64,000 nt of DNA from a virus (Duplodnaviria; Caudoviricetes). Positions 1 to 9,920 of this stretch are shown here, in pieces. The position numbers and the translations under genes are program-made. The stretch lies in IMG/VR virus record IMGVR_UViG_3300021256_000056, positions 32,001 through 96,000 of that record. The stretch is one strand, 5' to 3'. Within the stretch, counting starts at the first letter, position 1, and every line of letters starts with the position of its first letter. The notes beneath the pieces are model-generated. The model ran no database searches. It was given only the letters and a program-made list of their open reading frames with translations, and was not told the DNA's origin.

Positions 1-385
1 TGGCTTCTTCACTTAATACTGCAAAGCCATGGGCAAATCCCTTGGGAATGAACAACTGTAAGTGATTGTGCTCGGTTAACAAAACAGAAAAATACTGACC
101 ACGTGTCTTACTATGGGGCCGTAAATCTACCGCGACATCTAGTACCGCACCCTTCACGACCCGTACTAATTTGGCCTGTTCATAAGGCGGATTTTGAAAA
201 TGTAATCCCCTAATAACACCAAACGAGGACTTGCTTTGATTATCTTGAACTGGTTTAAAATTGATACCAGTTAAACTCTTAAACTCCTCTTCACTAAAAG
301 ACTCATAAAAATAACCGCGTTCGTCTTTATATACGCTGGGTTTTAATACGAAAACCCCATCAATGTCTGTCTTAATTGCCTTCAT
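1..385 (-). CDS. rfbC: dTDP-4-dehydrorhamnose 3,5-epimerase (3' end runs off window)
   Basis: Manual translation MKAIKTDIDGVFVLKPSVYKDERGYFYESF...QDNQSKS..GVIRGLHFQ..EQAKLVRVVKGAVLDVAVDLR...IPKGFAHGF shows RmlC motifs. Confidence 0.92.
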   Translation of the reverse strand, partial: MKAIKTDIDGVFVLKPSVYKDERGYFYESFSEEEFKSLTGINFKPVQDNQSKSSFGVIRGLHFQNPPYEQAKLVRVVKGAVLDVAVDLRPHSKTRGQYFSVLLTEHNHLQLFIPKGFAHGFAVLSEEA

Positions 386-716
386 TTTCTATGGGCTGTT
401 CTTGTAATTCTTGAGCAGTGATTTCTGATTCTTCCCCAGGGACATTCTCGTTCTCGTTATAAAGTTCAAAGAACCTCCAAATTTCAGGCCCCCATAATCC
501 AAAGGTGTTTTGAGGGTTAAGCTCGGTTATGAGCACTTCCATTTGTTCGAAAGGTTCACTTGTAAAACCGTCATAAATTTCAACACAAGACAAATCACTT
601 TTTACAAGGAATGTGGTTTTATCAATTTGAAACCTGTCACCTAACTTAACAATCCTGTCGGTAAACTTCTTATCCTCTTTCGTGGGGTCATAATAAATTA
701 AATAAACTTTCGCCAT
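372..716 (-). CDS. hypothetical protein
   Basis: ORF track; coupled to neighbour. Confidence 0.7.
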   Translation of the reverse strand: MAKVYLIYYDPTKEDKKFTDRIVKLGDRFQIDKTTFLVKSDLSCVEIYDGFTSEPFEQMEVLITELNPQNTFGLWGPEIWRFFELYNENENVPGEESEITAQELQEQPIENEGN

Positions 717-791
717 TTCTTTATTTGTTTTATTAAAAAGTAATTATTTGCGTTGTTAAAATCAACAAAAACCGTAGTTTCCTACGGTTTT

Positions 792-1547
792 TTAAAGGCT
801 GTCTGGTGTTTCGAACATCGGATAGGAACAATCAAGTATTGTCTTGTCTTTATACTCGAATACTAGCGAATTGTTGACGGGGTAATATCTTTCATTAACA
901 AAAGACACGTTCGCCATATAAGTATCGCCCACTTTGGAGAAATTGTGATTTCCACTATGAATATGTCCACAGAAGAAAATGGTCGGCTTTTTTTGCAAAA
1001 TTGCCGAGTCTAAAATTGTATTACCCGCTTGCGTGCCCTGATTGTATCCTTCCTGAATAAGTCCCAGGTCTCCAAGTGTGGGAGCGTCATGACTGATAAG
1101 AATATCAAGTCCCTCGGGTATTTCAGAATACTTTCGCTCTAGCCTGTCATTAGGAACCATGAAGGCCCAACTCCCAAATATCTTGCAATATGGTGTTCCG
1201 AAAATCTTAACTGATTCCTCACCACGCTTAAATTCGTATCCTTCATTTTTGAGCATCACTAACCGTCCCTCAGTTATTTCAGTAAAATCTTTTCTTTCTT
1301 TTTTGGAATAACGCTCAGGTGCAAAATCATGGTTTCCTGGTATCATAACCACCTTAGAATTTTCATCTTTAAATGGCAGACCCTTTATCCAATCAACAAA
1401 CTCTGTGCGTAACCATCTGTCTTGGTAGGCAAAATAATGGTCGTGTGCAGGACAAGCGTCCCCACAATGCAAGAGCAGGTCAAACGGCTCATTAACCACG
1501 GGTAAATACCCGTGTGTATCACTAAATGCTATTATCTTCATAATCAA
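792..1547 (-). CDS. calcineurin-like metallophosphoesterase
   Basis: SDTHG, HCGD, PGNHD, GHIH motifs. Confidence 0.9.
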   Translation of the reverse strand: MIMKIIAFSDTHGYLPVVNEPFDLLLHCGDACPAHDHYFAYQDRWLRTEFVDWIKGLPFKDENSKVVMIPGNHDFAPERYSKKERKDFTEITEGRLVMLKNEGYEFKRGEESVKIFGTPYCKIFGSWAFMVPNDRLERKYSEIPEGLDILISHDAPTLGDLGLIQEGYNQGTQAGNTILDSAILQKKPTIFFCGHIHSGNHNFSKVGDTYMANVSFVNERYYPVNNSLVFEYKDKTILDCSYPMFETPDSL

Positions 1548-2496
1548 AAATCAATGGCTTGTCAAATGTTGCAATTTGGTCCTCAAAATAGAATTTCAAG
1601 TCCCTTGGGTCGCTGGGCTTTTTCTTCCAATATTTATATACCTGAGGATAAAATATTGCGGAAACACTCTTTAGTACTTCCTCGCCAGTATTTAAATTTC
1701 TCTTAATATAACAATCCACGTTATTTCCCCTTGCGTTTGTCACTTTCATTTTTTCAATAGTGAAACATTCGCCACGAACCTTGAAACCGAAAGTATTCTC
1801 AATGGCGCTTTCAATATGGGTAATATCTTCTCCCGAAATAGGACTGTCTAGTTCCCAAATAAGTTCATCACTCTTAAACGCAACGACCTTTCCGTTAACC
1901 TTGCTAATATATCCCCAATCAATGCCAAGAATCTTTGACATCATATAATGTTCCACATTTATGGTGCGTTTCGGATTGAGTTTTCCGAAAATAACTTGAC
2001 GTGTATACTTGGATTTCTTGAAGTAAAATGATTTATCATATTTATCAATGAAATCTTCATACGTTGCATCTGAAATTACGCCAGCATACTTCAGTGCCTG
2101 AAAATTTGCCTTCTTAAGGTCTAAAGATAGGAAAGTTTTACCAGCGCACTCTTCGTTATAGATATTTCTATCGGGGTAATTTCTAAGATTGGGGGAAATC
2201 ACATATTGACTCATATCACATGAGTTGAAATTCTTATATTCTTCAGAACTCTCTAGCGTTTTGATAATAACATCCCTAACCTGAGCATAATGCTCAAGCC
2301 AGAGGTCCATGTTACCACCATAGTCTTCGTTTATTTCCTTGTTAAGTGCTACCCACTCATCTTCGGGCCAAATACCACCTTTATATATTGTGTGGTAGTA
2401 TTCAAACATATCATCATTGAATATGTTTATAGGAAGGTTGAAATCTTTAGAAAATCTTTGATTTATACGTTCTTTACCAGTCATATCCGTAAACAT
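1522..2496 (-). CDS. hypothetical phage protein
   Basis: Long ORF; start reassigned to MFTDMT. Confidence 0.7.
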   Translation of the reverse strand: MFTDMTGKERINQRFSKDFNLPINIFNDDMFEYYHTIYKGGIWPEDEWVALNKEINEDYGGNMDLWLEHYAQVRDVIIKTLESSEEYKNFNSCDMSQYVISPNLRNYPDRNIYNEECAGKTFLSLDLKKANFQALKYAGVISDATYEDFIDKYDKSFYFKKSKYTRQVIFGKLNPKRTINVEHYMMSKILGIDWGYISKVNGKVVAFKSDELIWELDSPISGEDITHIESAIENTFGFKVRGECFTIEKMKVTNARGNNVDCYIKRNLNTGEEVLKSVSAIFYPQVYKYWKKKPSDPRDLKFYFEDQIATFDKPLIFDYEDNSI

Positions 2497-2788
2497 TTTT
2501 AGAAGTCGTATCTTCTTCGGGTTTATAAACAACAACCACAGTATCACGAACGGTCTCCTTTTGGCAGACACAGTTGGGGTCATGAACTATCCCGCCGTCA
2601 TATCCCGCATAGCCTCCATTACAAGACCTAAACCATATGTATTGGTGCTCCTCGAATTTAAATTTAATTATTTCATTGAATAGGTCTTTTGTTACCTCTT
2701 CCCTTTTGGTAACGGGCGTTTGTTGTGGCCCCGTAACACAAGAAGATAGAAATAACAAAGTCGCAATAATTATGACAATCTTTTTCAT
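2474..2788 (-). CDS. putative lipoprotein
   Basis: MKKIVIIIATLLFLSSC lipobox-like signal. Confidence 0.65.
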   Translation of the reverse strand: MKKIVIIIATLLFLSSCVTGPQQTPVTKREEVTKDLFNEIIKFKFEEHQYIWFRSCNGGYAGYDGGIVHDPNCVCQKETVRDTVVVVYKPEEDTTSKNVYGYDW

Positions 2789-2997
2789 ATTTTTTCTATT
2801 GTACATGTTGAGGATGAACTATATGTTATTTCCCCTTCGGGTATGGGTTTAACACATTCAGCACAAGCCTCGGGGCTTGTGTATTTATCCCTCTCAGCCA
2901 TCATACTGGCTAATTCTTTTTTGTGCATTTCATGTACATATTAAATCGTTCTTCCCATGTCTGGGGAACAATTTGAAGATAATTTGTTTGTTCCATA

Positions 2998-3219
2998 TCA
3001 ATAACGGGAAAGCCACGCACCGATTAATATCAATACTACCACAAGGATAATAAATAAGGCAAATCCACCCCAAAGCGGTGCTGTAATCCACCACCACGAC
3101 CAATCAATGACGTGTGTAAGTTTAAGCACAAGGAGTGCTATAAAAAGAAGACCACAGAATCCTACGCCACCGCTTGCAGTTGCTTTGCTTGAGCTGGAGT
3201 TGTTAATATAAGTTCCCAT
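2998..3219 (-). CDS. small two-TM membrane protein
   Basis: LKLTHVIDWSWWWITAPLW hydrophobic motif. Confidence 0.75.
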   Translation of the reverse strand: MGTYINNSSSSKATASGGVGFCGLLFIALLVLKLTHVIDWSWWWITAPLWGGFALFIILVVVLILIGAWLSRY

Positions 3220-3556
3220 TTTTAATATTATTTAAATAAAATTTATTATATGAATCTAAAAGACTAAGTATATTTTGTTTCCCAACAGGATTTTGACTCT
3301 GACTATGGTATTCTGGCAGTGCCAACCCTCTGTCGAGGCAATAATCAACAAGAAAATTTGCACATTCCTTCCCGTTTTCATGTTCCCCAAGGTCATGGTC
3401 GAACCATATCTCATCAGGTAGGGCATATTTTGTTATAGCGTTTTTAAACTCTTCAAAGGTCTTTAACCACATAACAGTATCACCTTTTCGCCTGTTGAGA
3501 AAAACTTTGGGGTCTCTCTGGTCATCAAGCCAATATATAATCTTGGGTTCAAACAT
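3203..3556 (-). CDS. cyclic-phosphate-processing receiver domain protein (RNA repair associated)
   Basis: WLDDQRDP, FDHDLG, HSQNPVG-like motifs. Confidence 0.8.
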   Translation of the reverse strand: MFEPKIIYWLDDQRDPKVFLNRRKGDTVMWLKTFEEFKNAITKYALPDEIWFDHDLGEHENGKECANFLVDYCLDRGLALPEYHSQSQNPVGKQNILSLLDSYNKFYLNNIKNGNLY

Positions 3557-4070
3557 GTCTTGTTAAAATTTTTCTCGCCTTATCAATATGCTCCTGGGTT
3601 ATTCCGTGTCTTCCGTCTACCCACACAAAATTCTCTGCCTGTCCTAAAAGCATATCTTTGTCATCATCAAAAATCACATATTCATAATCTACGCTTGAAG
3701 GAAGTATGTAGTATTCCATGTCATCTTTGTAAAGCCACTCATTACCGTATTTTGTGCCTATCCCTTCGCAATGTTCTTGTATCCATTTTTCAATTTCATT
3801 GCCTCTGCAGAGCCAATTCTGGTGAAAATGTTCGGTATGTCCAACAATAGGTAGTTTCAATCCAACATCCTGCAACATCTTGTCCGCCGATTCGCCCCAT
3901 GAAGAAGAGATGACAACTTCAGCACTGATGTTACTTAAAGAATTAAGCAACTCAACCACCCTAGGGTCGCAATCGCCGCACTTATAATTCTTCTCCACAA
4001 CACGGTTCTGGTAATACCAATCCTCGTGATTGCAGACACCATCTATGTCAAGGAATATGTACCTCTTCAT
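3549..4070 (-). CDS. HAD phosphatase, Swiss-army-knife RNA-repair-like (HAD_SAK_2)
   Basis: FLDIDGV, VVISSSW, RGNEI, YVIFDDD motifs. Confidence 0.8.
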   Translation of the reverse strand: MKRYIFLDIDGVCNHEDWYYQNRVVEKNYKCGDCDPRVVELLNSLSNISAEVVISSSWGESADKMLQDVGLKLPIVGHTEHFHQNWLCRGNEIEKWIQEHCEGIGTKYGNEWLYKDDMEYYILPSSVDYEYVIFDDDKDMLLGQAENFVWVDGRHGITQEHIDKARKILTRHV

Positions 4071-4242
4071 GCTTATAAAAAATCTCGTTAAAATTTTCCT
4101 TGCTTTCTTCTAAGTTCCCGCATTTTGAACACTTGTATTCATATATTGCGGGATATGTCAAAAATACAGTCCCCGTTGGGACCATTTCTCCGCCACATTT
4201 TTCACAATACCCAACTTTTACTTCTTTTATTCTCATAACCAT
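4048..4242 (-). CDS. small zinc-ribbon protein
   Basis: CEKC...CSKC. Confidence 0.65.
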   Translation of the reverse strand: MVMRIKEVKVGYCEKCGGEMVPTGTVFLTYPAIYEYKCSKCGNLEESKENFNEIFYKHEEVHIP

Positions 4243-4670
4243 AAATTATCTTTCAATATTCTTGTCGCCATGGGACTAGCGTCAATTGCACCTATCCTAC
4301 CGCCAGCGTCCTCGTACCTTCTAAGAAACTGCGCAATTTCCATTATCTGTTGACGACCCATATTAATAAACTTTACATAATCTCGCTCTTTCCCTTTTAT
4401 GGAAATTACCGCCCAGGAATCTGTATTCTGATGGATATCTGCACTAATGGCTACCTTCCCACCCCCAAGCATATAACGAATATTGTCGAGTTCTTCCAAT
4501 TCCTCCGCACATGCCCACCTGCCAATCTTCCGAAGAATCCTACGAAAGAACTCCGAAACGGATTTTGCTAGTTTTTTAAAGAATTTACATGCCCACCTGC
4601 CAATCTTCCGAAGAATCCTACGAAAGAACTCCGAAATGGATTTTGCTAGTTTTTTAAAGAATTTCTTCAT
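4233..4670 (-). CDS. hypothetical protein with duplicated amphipathic N-terminal helix
   Basis: KFFKKLAKSxSEFFRRILRKIGRWAC twice. Confidence 0.7.
   Translation of the reverse strand: MKKFFKKLAKSISEFFRRILRKIGRWACKFFKKLAKSVSEFFRRILRKIGRWACAEELEELDNIRYMLGGGKVAISADIHQNTDSWAVISIKGKERDYVKFINMGRQQIMEIAQFLRRYEDAGGRIGAIDASPMATRILKDNLWL
4509..4664. repeat. tandem direct repeat, 2 x 78 bp
   Basis: acatgcccacctgccaatc...aaagaattt at 4509 and 4587, one mismatch. Confidence 0.95.
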
Positions 4671-5040
4671 CGTATTTTATCTCTCTGTCTAAAAACTTTG
4701 TTATTGCCGCTTTGGTTTTAGGTAATTTTGCTATATTTTCCATTAGAATGTCTGTGATGTGACCAATATTCATTTTTATCTGGTCCCATACATCAATCTT
4801 TTTCTCCTTTTTCTGACACGGCCAATCAACTAAGACTATTTCATATTCACAACGTGCCCAAAATTGATACCTCGATTCATCTTCAACAAATTTAAGAAAG
4901 TCTTCTTTGGTTATAGGTAATTCCTTATATTTCTTTGTTTTGCAATTAACATATGCCCTAATTAAATATGGCATTATATCATACGCAACAAAGGCGTTTT
5001 TGTTTACATCGAAAACTATGACGTTAAATGTTTTTAACAT
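4654..5040 (-). CDS. hypothetical phage protein
   Basis: ORF; start MLKTFNV follows a TAnnTTTG promoter at ~5057-5065. Confidence 0.75.
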   Translation of the reverse strand: MLKTFNVIVFDVNKNAFVAYDIMPYLIRAYVNCKTKKYKELPITKEDFLKFVEDESRYQFWARCEYEIVLVDWPCQKKEKKIDVWDQIKMNIGHITDILMENIAKLPKTKAAITKFLDREIKYDEEIL

Positions 5041-5090
5041 ATTATTTCCTATTTGTGGCAAATATACAAAACTTTTTTTATAAAACAAAA

Positions 5091-5112
5091 AAAGCGGAGA
5101 AATTCTCCGCCT
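5091..5112 (-). terminator. intrinsic terminator
   Basis: gcggagaa/ttctccgc hairpin plus U-tract after radical SAM gene. Confidence 0.7.
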
Positions 5113-5116
5113 TGAT

Positions 5117-5974
5117 TTAGAATCTAATATTGCAACAGTCATCAGGGTTACAGTTGTAATGCTCCTGCCAATACTTCCAGTGTTCCTCCACGTCTTCACA
5201 TACAGATTTTTCCTTGAATCCCGTGATTTTATCCAGGTATTCCTTCTTTAATTCAAGCGGGAGGTGTTTGTAACCAGAACTCTTGAGCGTGTACTTGGAA
5301 AGGTCCACAGGCGCATTGAGATTGGTAAGCCATTTCTCAATCCACGTATTAACCCGCAGAAACTCCACCAGAATTTTATCGCACTTGACGTTGTTAATGA
5401 TGTCGAGGTCAACAAAATCTGGAATAAACGGCGATAGGCGTAACGTCACGTCGAAACCGTTGGCCTGTAGTTTTTCAATGCCCTTGATTTTCTCCTTATA
5501 GGAAGGTGCACCTGGTTCAACACGCTTGCCAAGTTCTTCGTCGGTGTTGGTGACTGATACCTGAATATGAGCCAGCTTCTTATCGAGCACAGCCATATAA
5601 TCGTCTCTCGAAATGAGGTCGGCGTTCTTGGTCACAATAAGATAATGAACACCACGCTCATTAAGGGCCTTTATCGTTTCCATGGTAACGTGATAAGTAT
5701 CTTCGCAGTTCTGGAAACAGTCGGTCATGCCACCAAGCCTGACTACCTCCCCTGGTTGTAACTTCTTGTTGATAACTCGCTTGATTTTCTCTATGTTTGC
5801 CACTGATGGTTCGGCGGGATTCCATAACTTCCTGAACGCCAGAAGTGACCTGGCATAGCAATAACCACAATTATTGGCGCACCCGCAGCCGTAGGTATCG
5901 AGCCTGGTTGGATAGTGACATCTGTCACCCTCGTTGCCTTCTACTTTCTTAAAAAAACTATTAAACTCCTTCAT
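5117..5974 (-). CDS. radical SAM protein (spore photoproduct lyase-like)
   Basis: CANNCGYCY CxxxCxxC motif, GGMTDCF, LIVTK. Confidence 0.85.
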   Translation of the reverse strand: MKEFNSFFKKVEGNEGDRCHYPTRLDTYGCGCANNCGYCYARSLLAFRKLWNPAEPSVANIEKIKRVINKKLQPGEVVRLGGMTDCFQNCEDTYHVTMETIKALNERGVHYLIVTKNADLISRDDYMAVLDKKLAHIQVSVTNTDEELGKRVEPGAPSYKEKIKGIEKLQANGFDVTLRLSPFIPDFVDLDIINNVKCDKILVEFLRVNTWIEKWLTNLNAPVDLSKYTLKSSGYKHLPLELKKEYLDKITGFKEKSVCEDVEEHWKYWQEHYNCNPDDCCNIRF

Positions 5975-6047
5975 CTTATTAGTGTTTACTAAAAGATAAA
6001 GGAGTTCGACAAAAAATCAATGCAATAATGAGATAAAATTACCTATG

Positions 6048-6136
6048 CGGAGGGTGGGAGATTCGAACTCCCGCGACCTTTAACAGCCCTACTGGTTTAG
6101 CAAACCAGCCCCTTCAGCCAGCTTGGGTAACCCTCC
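6048..6136 (-). tRNA. tRNA-Ser(GCU)
   Basis: Cloverleaf, long V arm, ctggt-ttgctaa-accag. Confidence 0.93.
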
Positions 6137-6145
6137 GTTATTTTG

Positions 6146-6220
6146 AGCCCATGACTGGATTCGAACCAGTGAAAAATCGGTTTTGCAGACCGACCGTTTA
6201 GACCACTCGCGCACATGGGC
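6146..6220 (-). tRNA. tRNA-Cys(GCA)
   Basis: Cloverleaf, loop ctgcaaa. Confidence 0.92.
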
Positions 6221-6235
6221 ATAGTTTTTAATTTG

Positions 6236-6308
6236 AGCCGAGGACAGGAGTCGAACCTGCAACCCCCTGATTACAAGTCAGGTGCTCTACCATTAAAGCT
6301 ACCTCGGC
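6236..6308 (-). tRNA. tRNA-Thr(UGU)
   Basis: Cloverleaf, loop cttgtaa. Confidence 0.92.
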
Positions 6309-6640
6309 AAAAACCTCGCGTATTTTTCGCCCCGCGAGGTGAGCTCCTTGCACGCCTATTTATATACCGTCCGCCAGAATTACGGTGGTGCCCCATTTTG
6401 GCGCCTTCGGGGCAATTGGGGGTTGGCCCTTCTGAAGAAAACGCTTTGCGAATATCCTCAATGGCGGCCAATACCATAAAAATAAGTCACAACATTGCAC
6501 CATCACGCCTTCCACGGTTGAATGTCGCACAGGTGGTTTCTATAATCTAATTTCAGCCGAAACTAGGCTTGCACCTGTGAAGTTTATCCGCGCTAACGTC
6601 TCCAGTTTATTAAGACTGGTGTGCTACTTGTGACTTTAAC

Positions 6641-6763
6641 AGAAAATCATTTAAAAGACTGGATTCGAACCAGCGTTTCCCCTGCTTTCCAGAGGCGTTC
6701 TGACCCCTAAACTACATGTCCGAAGTTTTGGTGGACACAGGTAAAACTTGCTGTTGGTTTTCT
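6641..6763 (-). ncRNA. ACAGCAA-module RNA enclosing tRNA-like D and T arms
   Basis: agaaaacca-ACAGCAA ... gtagtttaggggtcagaac ... gctggttcgaatccagt ... tgattttct. Confidence 0.7.
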
Positions 6764-6832
6764 TTATTTAAGAATATATCAAAATTGTCAAAAAATCAAT
6801 GAAAATGATAGATTTCTAATAAAGTGTCAAAA

Positions 6833-7321
6833 TTAAACTTTTAACCCGAATTTTTTGATTAAATAGCTCTTTTTTTCATCTTTGGGCATGGATACCATGT
6901 AAAGAAAATCATCACCGTGCTTATTGATATAAGCTTCTAATGTACAAATTGTTTTACAAGGAACGCCAGCAGCAACCGTATTGCTTGGTATGTCTCTGTT
7001 CACTACACTTCCCGCCCCAATAATGCTGTTATCTCCAATGGTTACTCCAGGTAAAATAACGCTCCTGCAGCCAATAAAACAATTTTTGCCAATTTTAATT
7101 GGAGCATATATTACCGTTTCTTTGTTTCCATTGGGTAAATTCCTGATAACCCTCGTAGCAGCATCGTGTGTCACAAAGGCGACATCAAAACTCACAGTTG
7201 TATTATCCCCAATCTCAATGAGATACGGCTCAGAGCCGAAATTGCATGTGCCCCCAAAACTAACGTTTTTACCAAGTCTTAAACCGTTGTTAACCGCTTC
7301 TTTTAAATTTGTTACATCCAT
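6833..7321 (-). CDS. hexapeptide-repeat (LbH) acyltransferase
   Basis: IGKNCFIG..SVILPGVTIGDNSIIGAGSVV..DIP..TVAAGVP. Confidence 0.9.
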   Translation of the reverse strand: MDVTNLKEAVNNGLRLGKNVSFGGTCNFGSEPYLIEIGDNTTVSFDVAFVTHDAATRVIRNLPNGNKETVIYAPIKIGKNCFIGCRSVILPGVTIGDNSIIGAGSVVNRDIPSNTVAAGVPCKTICTLEAYINKHGDDFLYMVSMPKDEKKSYLIKKFGLKV

Positions 7322-7333
7322 AAATTATTGATT

Positions 7334-7409
7334 TGGAGCCCCATATTGGACTTGAACCAATAACCTCCTGATTACGAAACAGGTACTCTACCAATTGAGC
7401 TAATGGGGC
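7334..7409 (-). tRNA. tRNA-Thr(CGU)
   Basis: Cloverleaf, loop ttcgtaa, encoded CCA. Confidence 0.9.
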
Positions 7410-7414
7410 GAAAA

Positions 7415-8140
7415 CTATTCATCTTTGTCTTTTAGCGTTTTCTTTTTTCGATGAAACCTTTTACTATTCTTATTTAATGAGCCAAAGTTGGGGGTTAGGC
7501 TATGGCAATTAGGGCACAGTAGTTGCAAGTTTTCAATACGGTTATTTGTACAATCACCATCAATATGGTGAACTTCGAGAGGAACATTCCCCGTAAATTC
7601 GTTAACTTCGCCCCAGTGACATTTTTCGCATTTATTGTCGTGAAGGCTCATTAAGTATTCCTTAATAAACACTGGCACCTGTGAAGCTCCCCTCAAAAAA
7701 TTTTCTCCCCCTAGCCACCTTTCTAATTTGCTTATTTTTGGTGGGGTTTCATTTGTATATTCTTCGTATTCTCTTTCTGGAAACTTTGAACGTATGGAAT
7801 CTGAAATTTTTTTCTTGGTTTCAAAACTGCGTGGGCCACGTTTTACGTTATTATATTTCGCGGCACATGACGAGGAACAAAACTTATTGAATCTTTGTTC
7901 AAAACTCAATTTTCTCCCGCATTCTTCACAATACCTGGGATTTTTATCATATGTTTCCCTTGTTTGTTTGTTTTGATAATATTGTCCAGTAATATTCGCT
8001 TTCTGTTTTATCCTATTAATAAAACGCCAAGAAGCGCCATTGGGCCTCCTTCCAAAATAATTTATAACCTCTTTCTCGGAACAACATGCCTCGAACGCAG
8101 ATATTATTTCTTCAATAGAAATCTCTTCGACCTTTTTCAT
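7415..8140 (-). CDS. free-standing HNH endonuclease
   Basis: CEKC..LEVHHIDGDCTNNRIENLQLLCPNCHS. Confidence 0.9.
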   Translation of the reverse strand: MKKVEEISIEEIISAFEACCSEKEVINYFGRRPNGASWRFINRIKQKANITGQYYQNKQTRETYDKNPRYCEECGRKLSFEQRFNKFCSSSCAAKYNNVKRGPRSFETKKKISDSIRSKFPEREYEEYTNETPPKISKLERWLGGENFLRGASQVPVFIKEYLMSLHDNKCEKCHWGEVNEFTGNVPLEVHHIDGDCTNNRIENLQLLCPNCHSLTPNFGSLNKNSKRFHRKKKTLKDKDE

Positions 8141-8202
8141 ACTCTTTTTTATAATAAATAGTATAAAAGGGTGAAAAAGTCAAGTCGAACCATTGTTTTT
8201 GT

Positions 8203-8277
8203 GGGTGAGTAGTCGGATTCGAACCGACGTAAACCACATCCACAGTGTGGCCCCTAAACCTCTCGGGCATACTCACC
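8203..8277 (-). tRNA. tRNA-His(GUG)
   Basis: Cloverleaf, loop ctgtgga. Confidence 0.9.
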
Positions 8278-8418
8278 ATGTTTGCTGCATTAGTTATACG
8301 TATGCTGCCTGCAGCGAGCCCACGCATGGGTCCCTTATTCCGTTTCGCGGCTAACCCATGAACCGTCGTAGCATGTACCTGACTTCTGCTACGCTGTTCC
8401 TGTGCGTCAGGGTGGTTG

Positions 8419-8491
8419 AGCAGCGTAGCAGAATCGAACTGCCATCTCTAGCATGGCAAGCTAGTATAATCAACCATTATACGAACGCTGC
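8419..8491 (-). tRNA. tRNA-Gly(GCC)
   Basis: Cloverleaf, loop ttgccat. Confidence 0.9.
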
Positions 8492-8613
8492 AAATACTTC
8501 TTTTAGAACAACCCCAGAGAAGTTTAGAACTGTGCCGACCTACGATTCGGACGCTCATTTGACTTTCGTCAGGGAAGGCGCATCTTCGTTCCCGCCGCGG
8601 ACGGGCCAATAGA

Positions 8614-8889
8614 TTATTTAATTAATCGTTTCCGTTCTTCTTTGATAATCTCAAGTCCTGTTTCAATCTGTCTTAACCATTTCCCTTGTTCAGTAATTTT
8701 CGTCTCGGGAAGAGCATTCTTAAACTCGTTAAGGCTCTTTTCGGCATAATCACAGGACTCTTCGTCAAGTAAACTGTCCGCGCTAATTAAAGAAACATAA
8801 TAGAGGTTTAATAACCCAGTCTCGAACATTGTGTTGAGAAGAGTTATTATATCATTCCTAATTTCTTTTTCTGTTCTTTTCTTTTCCAT
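8614..8889 (-). CDS. hypothetical protein
   Basis: Start reassigned to MEKKRTE; the upstream part of the track ORF is tRNA sequence. Confidence 0.7.
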   Translation of the reverse strand: MEKKRTEKEIRNDIITLLNTMFETGLLNLYYVSLISADSLLDEESCDYAEKSLNEFKNALPETKITEQGKWLRQIETGLEIIKEERKRLIK

Positions 8890-8891
8890 TG

Positions 8892-8963
8892 AGCGGGATA
8901 GCAGAATTGGACTGCCATCTTCAGCTTGGAAGGCTGACATAATAACCGTTATACGAATCCCGC
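8892..8963 (-). tRNA. tRNA-Gly(UCC)
   Basis: Cloverleaf, loop cttccaa; T-loop variant GTCC. Confidence 0.85.
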
Positions 8964-8969
8964 AATTAG

Positions 8970-9042
8970 TTGTCGTTACCTGATTCGAACAGATATTTCC
9001 AGGTTCAGAGCCTGGCGTCCTCAACCGTTGGACGAAACGACA
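8970..9042 (-). tRNA. tRNA-Gln(CUG)
   Basis: Cloverleaf, ccagg-ctctgaa-cctgg. Confidence 0.85.
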
Positions 9043-9422
9043 ATTTTAGTAATCCAAATCACTTCTGGGTGTTCTCCAAAAACCGTGTGTGTGACATTAC
9101 ATAGCCATACGGTTAAAATGGGGGCAGCGTCCTCAGAGACTACGGCATCCATTATCTCATTAAATAAATAGCCACTTAATGAATATGTTGCTCCATCATC
9201 ATCATGTTTAAGTCTCGTTAACTTCAATAAACACTGCTTCGGCTCATCAATATTTAGAATAAATCCCGATTCCATTTCAACTTCGAAAGAATCTTTTCCC
9301 TTCGAGAGCAGCTCACACATTTCATCGGCCCCTAAAACCATCTCATTATCTTCAAGACTATGCTCTGGAACGTCGGCATACCAACGCCCGTCTTGCTTGA
9401 AAAATTTGAGTTTCGTTTTCAT
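9021..9422 (-). CDS. hypothetical protein (DUF6717-like)
   Basis: MKTKLKF..RWYADVP..EMVLGAD..VWLCNVT..VFGEHP. Confidence 0.65.
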   Translation of the reverse strand: MKTKLKFFKQDGRWYADVPEHSLEDNEMVLGADEMCELLSKGKDSFEVEMESGFILNIDEPKQCLLKLTRLKHDDDGATYSLSGYLFNEIMDAVVSEDAAPILTVWLCNVTHTVFGEHPEVIWITKIVVSSNG

Positions 9423-9426
9423 ATCG

Positions 9427-9502
9427 TCGAGTAGACAGGGCTCGAACCTGCATGAATCTCCACATCCCAAATGTGGCGAGGAACCAATTCCTCCACTACT
9501 CG
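9427..9502 (-). tRNA. tRNA-Pro(UGG)
   Basis: Cloverleaf, loop tttggga. Confidence 0.88.
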
Positions 9503-9920
9503 ATATGTGGACTCGATTTTTGGTTTTGTATAGCGGTACCAACTACTACGTATTCCACATGTTTTATCGTGCCAAGTCCTCACACGAACCGATATTTTAA
9601 GTGCTCGGTATGCAGTATCGTCCTTCCTGCTTCCATTACACTTTGCGCAACCGTTGGGCGTCGAACCCAAAGCCTTCTGTAGTACTTTCGCCATTAAGCT
9701 GTTAGCAAAAGCAGGTGGTATTGCACTCACCGCGACGGGAGCTACCCGTAATCCATTGTTCGGTTGCGTTTGCCAAGGAAGATGGATTCGAACCATCATT
9801 CACGCATTGTGTGATTGCGCCACCGCTTATTCCTTATTATTTACACACAAAGTAATATTCAGCGGAATCCCCTTGTGGATAGGGGCGGTTTGCCATTGTC
9901 CTACTCCTTGTTTAAATGCA

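Noticed and set aside
2785-2996. Small ORF MEQTNYL... with an early stop as amber read-through
   Set aside because: The continuation is in another frame after an A-run; looks like a frameshift or sequencing error
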